A DNA stretch of 64,000 bases from Albugo candida. Taxonomy: Eukaryota. Position 1 is the first letter of the stretch; the number at the start of each line of letters is the position of its first letter. The stretch is from positions 62,001-126,000 of the forward strand of contig JBDOQK010000035.1 in NCBI GenBank assembly GCA_040437565.1, given 5' to 3'. Of the stretch, positions 24,725 through 35,260 are shown in pieces. The translations under genes were made by a program, and so were the position numbers. The notes beneath the pieces were generated by a model. The model made no database searches and was not told the DNA's origin. It saw nothing but the letters and a program-made list of their open reading frames with translations.

Positions 24725-26833
24725 ATGGACGATTTCGTGCAACGAATACGCTGTTTTCTGCAGGAAAAACAGGTATCAGAAGCTCGTGAGACCTTCCGTC
24801 AACTCGTGCAGTTACATGCGCAAGCTCCCATTCTACAACACTTGACATCAATTCTTCGTGATTTTTACTTGGCCGGACTTTTTGACTTGGATATTGTATT
24901 GGAATTCATCGAATCCCTACCTTGCTGGCAATGGACATTGGATGGATGCGTCATTCTCCACCAAGTCAACACAATTTTCCGTACGGCTTCCAATCGCTCG
25001 TTTTCAGCTGTCCTGACGCTCCCTTTGGCGTACTTTATCCATTCCTTATTACATCGTCTCGAAGACGCCGCTAAAATCCGTGCAGATGCGTACTGGTTTG
25101 AATGGTTCCCATCGTCTATCCGAGCCATTGTGATGGGCCATCCAGTCACGATACAATCGCCACTTCGAGAGCAAGTGTTAATCGCTCCCGACTCCCAATT
25201 TGCGTTCGATAGTGAGCGTCGAAATGTATTTCTATGGTCTCGTGAAAATGTCGCCAACAGCTCGAAACAGTATCAATGGATTTTCACACCGGCAAATGGA
25301 GCGAAAGATCGATTTTATATACAAAGCTGTGCGTTCAAAGAGTATTTATACGCTGCAAATTATGCGAAATTCCGTAAAGATGCAAGCGGAGACTTTCGAA
25401 GTCGAGTGTTTACATGGAGAAAAACGCGTGAAAGTCCAGGCGAAATGGAACAATGGCAGCTAATTCCGATCGTGGAAGCAGGTCGAGATACTTTTGCGAT
25501 CTATAATCCGTATCAGCACGAGTTTCTATACGCTCCCGAAGACATGTACGATGAAGAGAGGCGATACGCATTGTCCATTAAAAGCAGATCGAAAGACGCT
25601 CAGTGGATGAAGGCGAGGCAATGGGACATCATTTCCACCAAACTGTCGTCTCTGGACCGTGGGATCGAAGCTTTTTTTCTCAGAGAGTATGCTGCTGCTG
25701 TCGATCTTCTCACAAAAGCCTTACTGGAACTACCGGATCATACCGAACATGTCAAATGCTTTGCGTATCGAATGGCAGCGAATCTGAAAATGCAGCAATT
25801 TGAAGCGATTCCAGAAGATATTCAAGCAATAGAAAAACTTGGTGGAGAAAAAGCGACCATTTTCCACGGATTGTATCATTTGTGGCAAGAAAGCCTCAGC
25901 TTTTTAGAGAAAACATCAATGTCCAAATATTGCCAGCTGCATCAATTGGCGCAAGCCGATGCGCATTGGACTCAGAAAAAGTATGTGGAAGCATTGGAGC
26001 TCTATCAGATCGCCTGTGGGTCCGCAGAGATACGCGAGGAGCCATTAACTCTCCAACAGTATCAAATCCATTCCGCAGCTCAATTCGGTGTCGTTCGATG
26101 TCTTTGGATCCTTAGACGCTCCAATGCGGCTCAAAAAATGCTGGAAGAAATGCTGATCGAACGAAAGGCTCAAGAAGCGACACAGACTGCATTCCAGAAC
26201 AATACGATGATCGCATACATTCATTTGTGGAGGGCGAAATGTCATCGACAGGAACGTGAGTACGGGAAGGCAGCATTGGAGTTGGAACAAGCAAACGATC
26301 AGTGTTCGCTGTCATTGACACAGACGTCTCTGTCGAGCACACAGTCTTCCAATGTGGTTGGACTCTTGTCCATGCACACTTCCTTCGCATTGCCAGCTTC
26401 AGTCCTCCTTCTTTCATGCTCGGTAGCGCTCTCACAATTGCGACAATGGATCAAGTCGGAAATGCGTCTTGTTCGTCTTTTAGAGCGTGATTCATTGTCA
26501 TCGCTATTGAGTCGATCGTGTGAATTGAAAAAGCATACCGACATCAAAGACGGTGAGGCTGTATTAGAACGCATGCTGGATGTATTCATGTGTCCACTGA
26601 GCCTGGAAATCATGGAAGATCCAGTGATGACTCCAAATGGCGACTCCTTTGAGCGTGAAATGATCGAAAGGCATTTGGAATGCAATGGGAACTTTGATCC
26701 ATTGACTCGAGGTCCTCTGACAAAAGAAGCTTTATATCCGAATCGAGCGTTGAAGAGCCTGATGCAGATTCTCGTCGAACAGGATCACCAATTAGCATCA
26801 CTTTTAGCCTCTGCGGCCGAAGAGCATATTTGA
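24725..26833 (+). CDS. U-box E3 ubiquitin ligase with TPR region and N-terminal beta-trefoil (ricin-B-like) domain
   Basis: C-terminal FMCPLSLEIMEDPVMTPNGDSFEREMIERHL..DPLTRGPL..LYPNRALK (U-box), TPR-like helices and three QxW-type repeats. The 5' part is duplicated at 24143-24619 across a gap. Confidence 0.88.
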   Translation: MDDFVQRIRCFLQEKQVSEARETFRQLVQLHAQAPILQHLTSILRDFYLAGLFDLDIVLEFIESLPCWQWTLDGCVILHQVNTIFRTASNRSFSAVLTLPLAYFIHSLLHRLEDAAKIRADAYWFEWFPSSIRAIVMGHPVTIQSPLREQVLIAPDSQFAFDSERRNVFLWSRENVANSSKQYQWIFTPANGAKDRFYIQSCAFKEYLYAANYAKFRKDASGDFRSRVFTWRKTRESPGEMEQWQLIPIVEAGRDTFAIYNPYQHEFLYAPEDMYDEERRYALSIKSRSKDAQWMKARQWDIISTKLSSLDRGIEAFFLREYAAAVDLLTKALLELPDHTEHVKCFAYRMAANLKMQQFEAIPEDIQAIEKLGGEKATIFHGLYHLWQESLSFLEKTSMSKYCQLHQLAQADAHWTQKKYVEALELYQIACGSAEIREEPLTLQQYQIHSAAQFGVVRCLWILRRSNAAQKMLEEMLIERKAQEATQTAFQNNTMIAYIHLWRAKCHRQEREYGKAALELEQANDQCSLSLTQTSLSSTQSSNVVGLLSMHTSFALPASVLLLSCSVALSQLRQWIKSEMRLVRLLERDSLSSLLSRSCELKKHTDIKDGEAVLERMLDVFMCPLSLEIMEDPVMTPNGDSFEREMIERHLECNGNFDPLTRGPLTKEALYPNRALKSLMQILVEQDHQLASLLASAAEEHI

Positions 26834-26963
26834 CCTCTTCCAACACGTTCTCGATCGTCATGGATCCTGTGTATAATTCCCTTAAAATACAAGATTTGCA
26901 CGTTGACACTATCCAGCTTTCCACCGCGACAACAGCTCAGGACATGAGGTCCAAGGCTCCATC

Positions 26964-27917
26964 TCAAATCGCCTTTCTTCTGACACGTCCTACGATGATC
27001 GTGATGTCATCTGGCATCCCACCACTCCACAGCAAATCGCTTTCCTTTGCGAGTCGTGCAAAAGGCGAGTCATGCATTCGATCCAATGACTTTTCATACG
27101 CACACTGAACGAGTTTTCGCGTCATTGCTTCCACTTCAGGCTCCAAATTGACCACAGACAATAGCGTTTCTTCGTCCACATTATCAAAGAGACCATCGGT
27201 TGCGATGATAATCAAATCTCCTTCGACTACAGGCACACGAAGACGGAGACCATCTTTCGGAGTCTCAAACAGAGGCTTCTGCACTTTAGTGACGGCACTG
27301 TCGTCCTGATACGTTGGACCAATGTATCCCAATTGAAAGGGACAATTGAAATAATGAAGCTGTTGTGGCGAACGATACGAAATATGAGCTCCTTTACGTC
27401 GTCCGGCGGGTGTGAGATCTCGATCTCGATCGACAATTTTACGTGATAACGATCCATCCAAAGTCCCACGCTGCGTCGCTGTCTCCAAATCCGATTGCTT
27501 GTCACGAACAATCAGAAATCCCGAGTCGCCGAGGTTTACAGCATGTAATTCCGCGGTTTGTGGATCCAGTGATAAGACACACGCAGTGGAGCTTCCGACA
27601 ATTCCTTTGTGCAAAACAGAGTTCCAAGCTGCGTCAAGTATCTCTGATGGATCACAAAAATCTCGTTTGGAGAACGAAGCCTCAGCAGCTTGATGAGCTG
27701 CATGCATCAATCCTTGCGAATACTCTTTGGCACTGATTCCTCGCTCAAACCAGGATCCAACGCCATCTGCGACTCCAACACAAAATGCGTCCAGAGGACC
27801 TAAAGGCCTAACGTCTTCCTGGCTCGATAATGCAGCGATATAATACGCGTCTTCGCCTCCAGTTTGCTTCTTTTCTGGGTGAGGGATCGACATAGCAAAG
27901 CAGTGAAGATAGTACAT
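26964..27917 (-). CDS. Protein phosphatase 2C, PTC7/PPTC7 family
   Basis: GGEDAY, VGVADGVGSW, GSSTACV, NLGDSGF, HYFNCPFQL, IATDGLFDN and GGMPDDIT. Confidence 0.95.
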   Translation of the reverse strand: MYYLHCFAMSIPHPEKKQTGGEDAYYIAALSSQEDVRPLGPLDAFCVGVADGVGSWFERGISAKEYSQGLMHAAHQAAEASFSKRDFCDPSEILDAAWNSVLHKGIVGSSTACVLSLDPQTAELHAVNLGDSGFLIVRDKQSDLETATQRGTLDGSLSRKIVDRDRDLTPAGRRKGAHISYRSPQQLHYFNCPFQLGYIGPTYQDDSAVTKVQKPLFETPKDGLRLRVPVVEGDLIIIATDGLFDNVDEETLLSVVNLEPEVEAMTRKLVQCAYEKSLDRMHDSPFARLAKESDLLWSGGMPDDITIIVGRVRRKAI

Positions 27918-27970
27918 CTCCTTGTCTTTAGATCTGCATCAAGAACGCTGAGGTATCATCGAGTCAAGAA

Positions 27971-28884
27971 TCAGGATGAAACGTACTCAATAGTAGCCTC
28001 TGTATAGCTGATGTTGGACGGGAGACCTTTTCTTGGTAAAATCACATTTATAAAGTCTGATTTCGCGCTTGTTTTTTGACGTTGTGTATCGTATCGATGT
28101 AAGAGTCCCGCAATGTCCGTTAACGAGACCATTCCAAGGAGTTTTCCGTCTTTTACAACTGGTAATTCACCGTGTCCGGATAATGTCATAACAGCTCGAC
28201 ACTATACATAAAAAGATAGTATAGTATACATCCATAAAGTGGAAAGATTGGCTACGTCTTCAAGCGAGTCGACGGGCGATACGTGTAAGATTTCATGCGC
28301 AGGAATGGCACATTCGGTGACCTAGCAATGCGAGTGTATCAGTGATGGATCGAGAAGCGATTTAGGAGCAATGGTAGCGTCACCGGGATGTCCCAATCGC
28401 TGTACCCAGCGATGACGGCGTTCAACTTGGACATGACATTCTCTTTCGTGAGCTTTCCGGAATTATTGTTACGTGAGGTCGTACTTGCGATTGCGTTCCT
28501 AAATCGGAGGGAAATAGATTCCATGGTTGCGATTCTGTTGAGAATGGTCGTGTTGGTAACAAGACCGACGATATGACGCGAGGTTTCGTCCACAACGACT
28601 AATGTGTTTGATTTCTCATTACGTGCCAGCGATTGAATGGCGTCATATAAGCGCTTTGTATGATCGATGAAATTGATTTGCGAAGCACGGTACTGTTTTG
28701 CTTCACGTAATAAATCGGCGACGCAAAGTGAGTGGTGCGAGCTTTTGTTTGATACGTTCTTTCGAAGATCTCGTGCGTATCCAATGATATTGTAGTAGGA
28801 AGAGCAGTGTGTGATTCGTGCGTGTGTGCATGGAGGCGTCGATCTGTAGGAAAACGCCCGCAAGCGTCGAATATTACGTCGCAT
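27971..28884 (-). CDS. CBS-domain-pair protein with Arg-rich mitochondrial-type presequence (about 3 exons)
   Basis: LYDAIQSL..LVVVD..IVGLVT and HGELPVVKDGKLLGMVSLTDI are CBS motifs. GT..AG introns near 28384-28322 and 28256-28202; boundaries approximate. Confidence 0.75.
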
Positions 28885-29417
28885 CGAGATTTCGAAAAGA
28901 GGTGTATACTATTTTCTACCAATCAAATGCTACTTACTTTTGTATTGTATTTCCAAGAGCCAATAATACGCCTACTTTCGTGTGCAAAGTCGGTCGATTG
29001 ATGTAATCGCACGGACAGTACAACCACGCACGCACACACCGGTTAATAATGTCACAAATCTTTGTACCCACCGTCGACTCTTATTTATTCAAATGTGCGT
29101 TATAACGGACACAATGTTATGATAAAACAAGTCAACGCATCGTACAACGTGACAGACAAGCAGAGTGTGTGTAGACTCTCCCACATGGTTTCTCATCGTA
29201 CCTTTCTAAAACGCAGGTGCGCACCCACTCGTTTCGTTATTTCCCCCAAAAATGCTGCTATTCCTTTACATTACTGGTAGAAAACCCCATGATGGGGTGT
29301 TGACTAAGTCTATGTGGTCTGATGTAAAGGAGATCGAAGCATTCCAGCTGGCAGCACAATCTCAGTATTGTCGGCGTACACTTAGTCGGTCGCTATCAGT
29401 GTCTCACAAACAATTGC

Positions 29418-31187
29418 ATGCTACAATTTATCGATACCCGCGCTAAAGATGCAATTTACGAACAAAATGAGTGGTTTTATGCGTTTTTAGTCAGCTCCTT
29501 TTTGTCCGCAATTAGTACTCTGTCTGCTTTCTGTCACATGCGGCAATTAAAAGGCGACATACTACGATCCAGCGTTCGATTCGTCATGTTGTGCTCCTTG
29601 AGCGCATCGGCTTTATCCTCTACAGCTGCTTTTCTATTTTACGTGAGAATCATCATAAAAACAAGGGAATCCAACACACAATCAAACGAGACCTCCACAA
29701 TCGAGCTAATAATCCTGCAAGAGCGTGGAGGCTGTAATCTACTCTCCACCTTCTTTTTGGTCTTTTACAATATCTCATACATTCTGACAACATATTGGAT
29801 TCTGGTGGTTGCACGAGAATTATTCAAATTGGCATCGGTGACGATCGATCGAGGCAGAAAATCAGAACGTAATGCAATCAAAATCTACTCTGGTCTTGCT
29901 CTGCTTCTGCTTGGCGTAGTCTCAGCAGCTTCCTGCACATCCATCTTACTGGAGAAAAAAACACATTCGTATATGAGACTGATGATCGCCGAGCAAGTGT
30001 GTACTATACTCGCCATCCTGTCGTTGACCGTATTGTTGATAGATCTCAAACGGAGAGGTCGTCAATTCGAGCATCTGCATGGAGTGGCCACAGCGTCGCC
30101 ATTGTATCATCGTCTGAAGCTCATTTTGTTGGTGTATATCATCTTTACATTACCATTTTGTACCATTCAAATTCAGCTTCTTCTCTTGGACCAAGTGAAG
30201 ACTTTTACAGTCCCGAATACGCTTTCTCACATCGCGATGATTCTGCACTATTTTTTTGGTGCTGCGTTAGCGTTTGTGATGAGTGCGAGTCAAGAATGCT
30301 GCTTTATAGCCATACGACCCATTCTTCCAGCTCGAGTCAAAGCTTCGGCGAGGTTTCAGTATGTAGTGGATAGTGTACTCAGCGGGCAGAGCGGAATCAT
30401 CTTTCAAAATGGCGAACATACTCCGATCGATCCGCCAACGCAGCCGGTCTTTGTTTTCACTGATATCGAGGGCTCTAGCGAGCTGTGGTCCATGGCTCCC
30501 GAAGGTGTTATCGATCAGGCTCAGCAGATCCACGATGATATATTACGTGGTAATTTGCTGTTATACAAGGGATATGAGATCACGACAGCAGGGGATGCTT
30601 TCTACCTGGCTTTCCATACAATCGATGATGCTATCAATTACTGCTTTGCAGTGCAATTTGAGTTGTTGAAAGCAAAGTGGCCAAAAAGCCTTCAGAATAG
30701 CACCACTTCAACCCGAACGATACGAAAAGCTTCATTAAAACAGACTCTTTTATTCCGTGGGCTTCGCGTGCGCATGGGAGTACATGATGCGAACGAAAAA
30801 GTCGAGGGTAAAGTGGTCATTCATCAGCATCCTGTCACGGGAAAAACAAACTATATGGGTTTTTCGGAGATGATTGCTCAAGAAGTCGGTGATACTGGTT
30901 ATGGTGGTCAGATTGTCGTATCAAAACGAGTAGCGGTATGGCTGGGAGCGAATCCCCTCACAATCAAAAATCCTTTCAAATGCGAGTTTCTCAGCATACG
31001 GACAGTATCGCATTTGGATCTATCATTGGAATTGTACGAGTTGGTCCCCAAGGTGCTGGAAGCGCGTCAAGCTTTTTTTGCCCAGTGTGCATCTCAAAAA
31101 CGTTTGGCGGAGAATGGAGACTCTCACGATTACTTTACGATCAGCCTTACTGATCGTATGACTTCCTCTGATCCCCAAGTAGGATGA
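29418..31187 (+). CDS. Second multi-pass membrane class III nucleotidyl cyclase-like protein (paralog of 7603-10113)
   Basis: About 7 hydrophobic segments; PVFVFTDIEGSSELW, GYEITTAGDAFYLAF, FRGLRVRMGVH and GGQIVVS. Shares DRG..ER, GR..E..HG...SPLY.RLK and SQ.C motifs with the first copy. Confidence 0.87.
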   Translation: MLQFIDTRAKDAIYEQNEWFYAFLVSSFLSAISTLSAFCHMRQLKGDILRSSVRFVMLCSLSASALSSTAAFLFYVRIIIKTRESNTQSNETSTIELIILQERGGCNLLSTFFLVFYNISYILTTYWILVVARELFKLASVTIDRGRKSERNAIKIYSGLALLLLGVVSAASCTSILLEKKTHSYMRLMIAEQVCTILAILSLTVLLIDLKRRGRQFEHLHGVATASPLYHRLKLILLVYIIFTLPFCTIQIQLLLLDQVKTFTVPNTLSHIAMILHYFFGAALAFVMSASQECCFIAIRPILPARVKASARFQYVVDSVLSGQSGIIFQNGEHTPIDPPTQPVFVFTDIEGSSELWSMAPEGVIDQAQQIHDDILRGNLLLYKGYEITTAGDAFYLAFHTIDDAINYCFAVQFELLKAKWPKSLQNSTTSTRTIRKASLKQTLLFRGLRVRMGVHDANEKVEGKVVIHQHPVTGKTNYMGFSEMIAQEVGDTGYGGQIVVSKRVAVWLGANPLTIKNPFKCEFLSIRTVSHLDLSLELYELVPKVLEARQAFFAQCASQKRLAENGDSHDYFTISLTDRMTSSDPQVG

Positions 31188-31305
31188 CATGACGTCACAT
31201 ACCGGAATCGAATCTCAGCATACGATTGGCAATACGACGAGATACAAAGACCATACAAACTCGGCATGTCGCATTATGTTACAAGAAAACAAATGCTGTT
31301 GGAGT

Positions 31306-31811
31306 TATGCAGTCGTGATGTCTATTTCGGTAGAGCCATTCTCTGTGGTGGTTGCATCTTGTTTGTCTTCTGACTCGGGAACGACTTGTGCTTGTGCTTC
31401 AGTTTTGGTCGAATTCTCAGTCGTCGATTCGGGATCTACCGTGAGTCACAATATTAGTACCACTTGATACGAAGGCCAAAATACTGTTAATATACCTTTA
31501 TGCTTCCAGTACTCATCCATGTCTCCATCTAAGCGCTTGTTAGCATGCTCTTCAGATTTCCCCCAGTATTTATCCATTTCACGGTCTAAATCCTCGGCAG
31601 AACGCGATTGTCTTCCTCCACGTCCACGTCCACGCCCCCTTCCACCTCGTCCACCATTGGATCCTGCTCTTCCAGGCCTGCGATCACGCCCTCTACTTGC
31701 ATCGTCTTGATTATCGCGTTGTATTTTGCGGGATTGATACGGACCGCTCGATTGATTTCGATTAGAGCGTTTATTACTACCTCCTCGTATCGAACGACCG
31801 CCTCTTGCCAT
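31306..31811 (-). CDS. CHTOP/FoP-like RGG protein with C-terminal UAP56-binding-type motifs; probable intron 31495-31438
   Basis: RG/RGG-rich N-terminus, then duplicated SAEDLDREMDKYW / RLDGDMDEYW. A GT..TAG intron leads to a short acidic last exon ending at 31306. Confidence 0.75.
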
Positions 31812-32035
31812 GATGCGGATTGATATATGCGATCTTAAGTACGTGTTAAATTCCTTAAATTCGCAAACTTTGGATCTAGTTTCCGAGCTATTTGCAGTCT
31901 AGATCTTGTGATTCTTTCAGATGCCGTTATGCAGCGCAGATAGGACGAAATCATCGATTTACATTGTATAAGAGCGCCGCCAGGTCCATTTTCCCCATTG
32001 CAACGTTAGTAATGCTGATAACGAGTGTACAAAGA

Positions 32036-34054
32036 TCATTTGGCGCTCTCTTGCACTCCTTTTTTCTGTTGATGAACTGCGTATTGGTACAACATCAGTA
32101 AGGTCGACGAGCGAACTCCTGATATCCGACTTGCGGCATAAATCGTACGCGGTTTCGCTTCCTGTAATTTCTCGCGCTCTTCATTTGTAATCATACTAAA
32201 TTTCGAGTAATCGATCCAATTTGGTAACTCGATATGCTGTTTGTCTCGATACATAACAATTTCGTGTCGTTGTGAGCGTAATTGAGCTGCATACAAACTC
32301 TCAGTGGAAAGAAGCTCTACCACCTTATTTCGTGTAGACACATCATCAGGAAGTGAAATGTTGCTCCAAATCGCATCTACGGTCGACGACGATACGTGCG
32401 GGAACGAGAGGATCTGATAGGCACTTCGCGCAACACCATCCCGAGATATTTTCACACCTAAACGAGCCCATTCGTGAGGATCTTGAACAAAGGACAGCAA
32501 GGCATCTCGACTCTTATGCATGAGTTGATGCTTGTGCTCCAGCAGCTTCATACGCTTACTGCTCACAAGGGTCGAGTGATGGTCATACGCACGACGTGTA
32601 AGCCGTAGATCGGCATTATCCTGACGAAGAAGTAAGCGGTATTCGGATCGTGACGTGAACATTCGATATGGTTCCTTGGTCCCAAGAGATGTCAAATCAT
32701 CGATCAGAACACCGATGAACGCATCTGCTCGATCTAATGTGAATGGAGGCAAGTCTTTGGATGTAAGGCCAGCATTCAATCCAGCGATAATGCCTTGTGC
32801 TGCAGCTTCTTCGTACCCTGTAGTACCGTTGATTTGACCGGCTAGATAAAGTCCTTGAATTTTCTTCGTCTCCAAAGTCGCATGCAAAGAACGAGGATCA
32901 ATGTAGTCATATTCTACAGAGTAGCCGGGACGTACGATATCAGCCTTTTCCAAGCCTTTGATCGTTCGAACAAGTTCAAGTTGCAGCTTCTCAGGGAAAG
33001 CCGTGCTGATTCCATTTGGATACACAATCGAAGTTTGCAGTCCTTCAGGCTCGAGCCAAATCTGATGTCGATTACGATCAGGAAATCGAATCACCTTTGT
33101 ATCAATTGATGGACAGTAACGTGGACCAACTCCCTTCCCATTTCCGCTGCTGAATTCGGGTAAGGCGTGCAAATTGTTTCGAACTAGCTCATGTGTAAGC
33201 TCATTTGTGTATGTCACGTGGCACGCAACCAGTTTGTTATGTGGAATCGGTGGATCCAAATCATTCAAATACGAGAAGAATTGAGGAACAGGGTCACTAC
33301 ATTGCATTTCTAATTCATTTGTATCGATCGTATTTCCGTCCAGACGAGGTGGTGTTCCTGTTTTTAACCTTCCGATTGGAAACTCAAAATCCTCCAAAGT
33401 TTTTGCCAAGCCCAGAGAAGGTGGTTCTACATCCCGACAGTCTCTACGATGTCGTCCAGCTGGTATACGAATATCTCGACCAAGATAAATCATCCCGCGA
33501 AGAAATGTGCCTGTGGTGATGACCACGGCCCGGCTGTAAATGCACCGTCCCGAGCTTGTAATGATGCCAAGCGCTTGATTCTCATGTTTTGAAAGTATCA
33601 GATCATCCACAGCCTCTTCTTCTAGAGTGAGCCCATCGATCGATCTGAGCAATCGCTGCATTGTTTTCTGGTACAAATCACGGTCCATTTGAGCTCGAGG
33701 ACCACGAACCGCTGGACCTTTTGATGCATTCAGCATATGGAATTGTATTCCTGCTTGGTCAGCTACCCGTCCCATCAGACCATCCAACGCATCGATTTCA
33801 CGCACGAGTGTTCCTTTTCCGACACCTCCAATGGATGGATTGCATGACATCTCACCAATTGTATGTAAACTTTGTGTTACCAGAGCTGTTTGGGCTCCAG
33901 CACGTACAGCTGCTGCAGCTGCCTCGCATCCAGCATGTCCTCCACCAACTACGATAACGTCATAATCTGTCTTTCCAACTCTAGGACGACATTGGTGACT
34001 GCGTATCGCTGTCGTCCATCGAGTGCGGTGACTTTGAAAAAGCCTCGTGCACAT
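32036..34054 (-). CDS. MTO1: Mitochondrial tRNA uridine 5-carboxymethylaminomethyl modification enzyme MnmG/GidA/MTO1
   Basis: [71 protein letters not shown] and [14 protein letters not shown]. First ATG at ~34054. Confidence 0.97.
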   Translation of the reverse strand: MCTRLFQSHRTRWTTAIRSHQCRPRVGKTDYDVIVVGGGHAGCEAAAAAVRAGAQTALVTQSLHTIGEMSCNPSIGGVGKGTLVREIDALDGLMGRVADQAGIQFHMLNASKGPAVRGPRAQMDRDLYQKTMQRLLRSIDGLTLEEEAVDDLILSKHENQALGIITSSGRCIYSRAVVITTGTFLRGMIYLGRDIRIPAGRHRRDCRDVEPPSLGLAKTLEDFEFPIGRLKTGTPPRLDGNTIDTNELEMQCSDPVPQFFSYLNDLDPPIPHNKLVACHVTYTNELTHELVRNNLHALPEFSSGNGKGVGPRYCPSIDTKVIRFPDRNRHQIWLEPEGLQTSIVYPNGISTAFPEKLQLELVRTIKGLEKADIVRPGYSVEYDYIDPRSLHATLETKKIQGLYLAGQINGTTGYEEAAAQGIIAGLNAGLTSKDLPPFTLDRADAFIGVLIDDLTSLGTKEPYRMFTSRSEYRLLLRQDNADLRLTRRAYDHHSTLVSSKRMKLLEHKHQLMHKSRDALLSFVQDPHEWARLGVKISRDGVARSAYQILSFPHVSSSTVDAIWSNISLPDDVSTRNKVVELLSTESLYAAQLRSQRHEIVMYRDKQHIELPNWIDYSKFSMITNEEREKLQEAKPRTIYAASRISGVRSSTLLMLYQYAVHQQKKGVQESAK

Positions 34055-34546
34055 TTTGTACAATCATGACAAAGTCGACGTATTTGACATACTGAGGCAA
34101 ACTAGTGTGTAAGTACTAATATAGGTATCGATGTTGGTGTTGCCACATTGCCCTAGCTGGTCCATGAGAATCAGCATGTGCACCAATGCACCACTACAGC
34201 TGCTTGTTATCGTCTACTTCATCAGTTATGAGGCGACGCACAATCTTATCAATAAGCAGCATATGTTGGAATAGCATGAAAAATTTGGGGCCAGAACAAG
34301 CGTACGGCTGCAATACAGCTCCTGGACTGTACACAGTCGCAAAGGCTTCTAAACAGATGGTTTATATGCAACAAGAGCAAGCTTATCTCGTCAACTGGAA
34401 AAGTATCAAGACTTGGGATCGATCGATGACTTGGGATCGATCGATGNNNNNNNNNNNNNNNNNNNNNNNNNNNNNNNNNNNNNNNNNNNNNNNNNNNNNN
34501 NNNNNNNNNNNNNNNNNNNNNNNNNNNNNNNNNNNNNNNNNNNNNN

Positions 34547-35260
34547 GCATATGGAATTGTATTCCTGCTTGGTCAGCTACCCGTCCCATCAGACCATCCA
34601 ACGCATCGATTTCACGCACGAGTGTTCCTTTTCCGACACCTCCAATGGATGGATTGCATGACATCTCACCAATTGTATGTAAACTTTGTGTTACCAGAGC
34701 TGTTTGGGCTCCAGCACGTACAGCTGCTGCAGCTGCCTCGCATCCAGCATGTCCTCCACCAACTACGATAACGTCATAATCTGTCTTTCCAACTCTAGGA
34801 CGACATTGGTGACTGCGTATCGCTGTCGTCCATCGAGTGCGGTGACTTTGAAAAAGCCTCGTGCACATTTTGTACAATCATGACAAAGTCGACGTATTTG
34901 ACATACTGAGGCAAACTAGTGTGTAAGTACTAATATAGGTATCGATGTTGGTGTTGCCACATTGCCCTAGCTGGTCCATGAGAATCAGCATGTGCACCAA
35001 TGCACCACTACAGCTGCTTGTTATCGTCTACTTCATCAGTTATGAGGCGACGCACAATCTTATCAATAAGCAGCATATGTTGGAATAGCATGAAAAATTT
35101 GGGGCCAGAACAAGCGTACGGCTGCAATACAGCTCCTGGACTGTACACAGTCGCAAAGGCTTCTAAACAGATGGTTTATATGCAACAAGAGCAAGCTTAT
35201 CTCGTCAACTGGAAAAGTATCAAGACTTGGGATCGATCGATGACTTGGGATCGATCGATG
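34547..35260. other. Assembly overlap duplicate of 33733-34446 (5' part of MTO1 and its upstream region)
   Basis: Apparently identical sequence on both sides of the 100-N gap at 34447-34546. Confidence 0.85.

Noticed and set aside
800-34000. Many short antisense or alternate-frame ORFs overlapping the called genes
   Set aside because: Shadow ORFs with no recognisable domains.
34410-34446. Two copies of GACTTGGGATCGATCGAT
   Set aside because: A simple 18-bp tandem duplication without spacers; not CRISPR-like and no function is evident.
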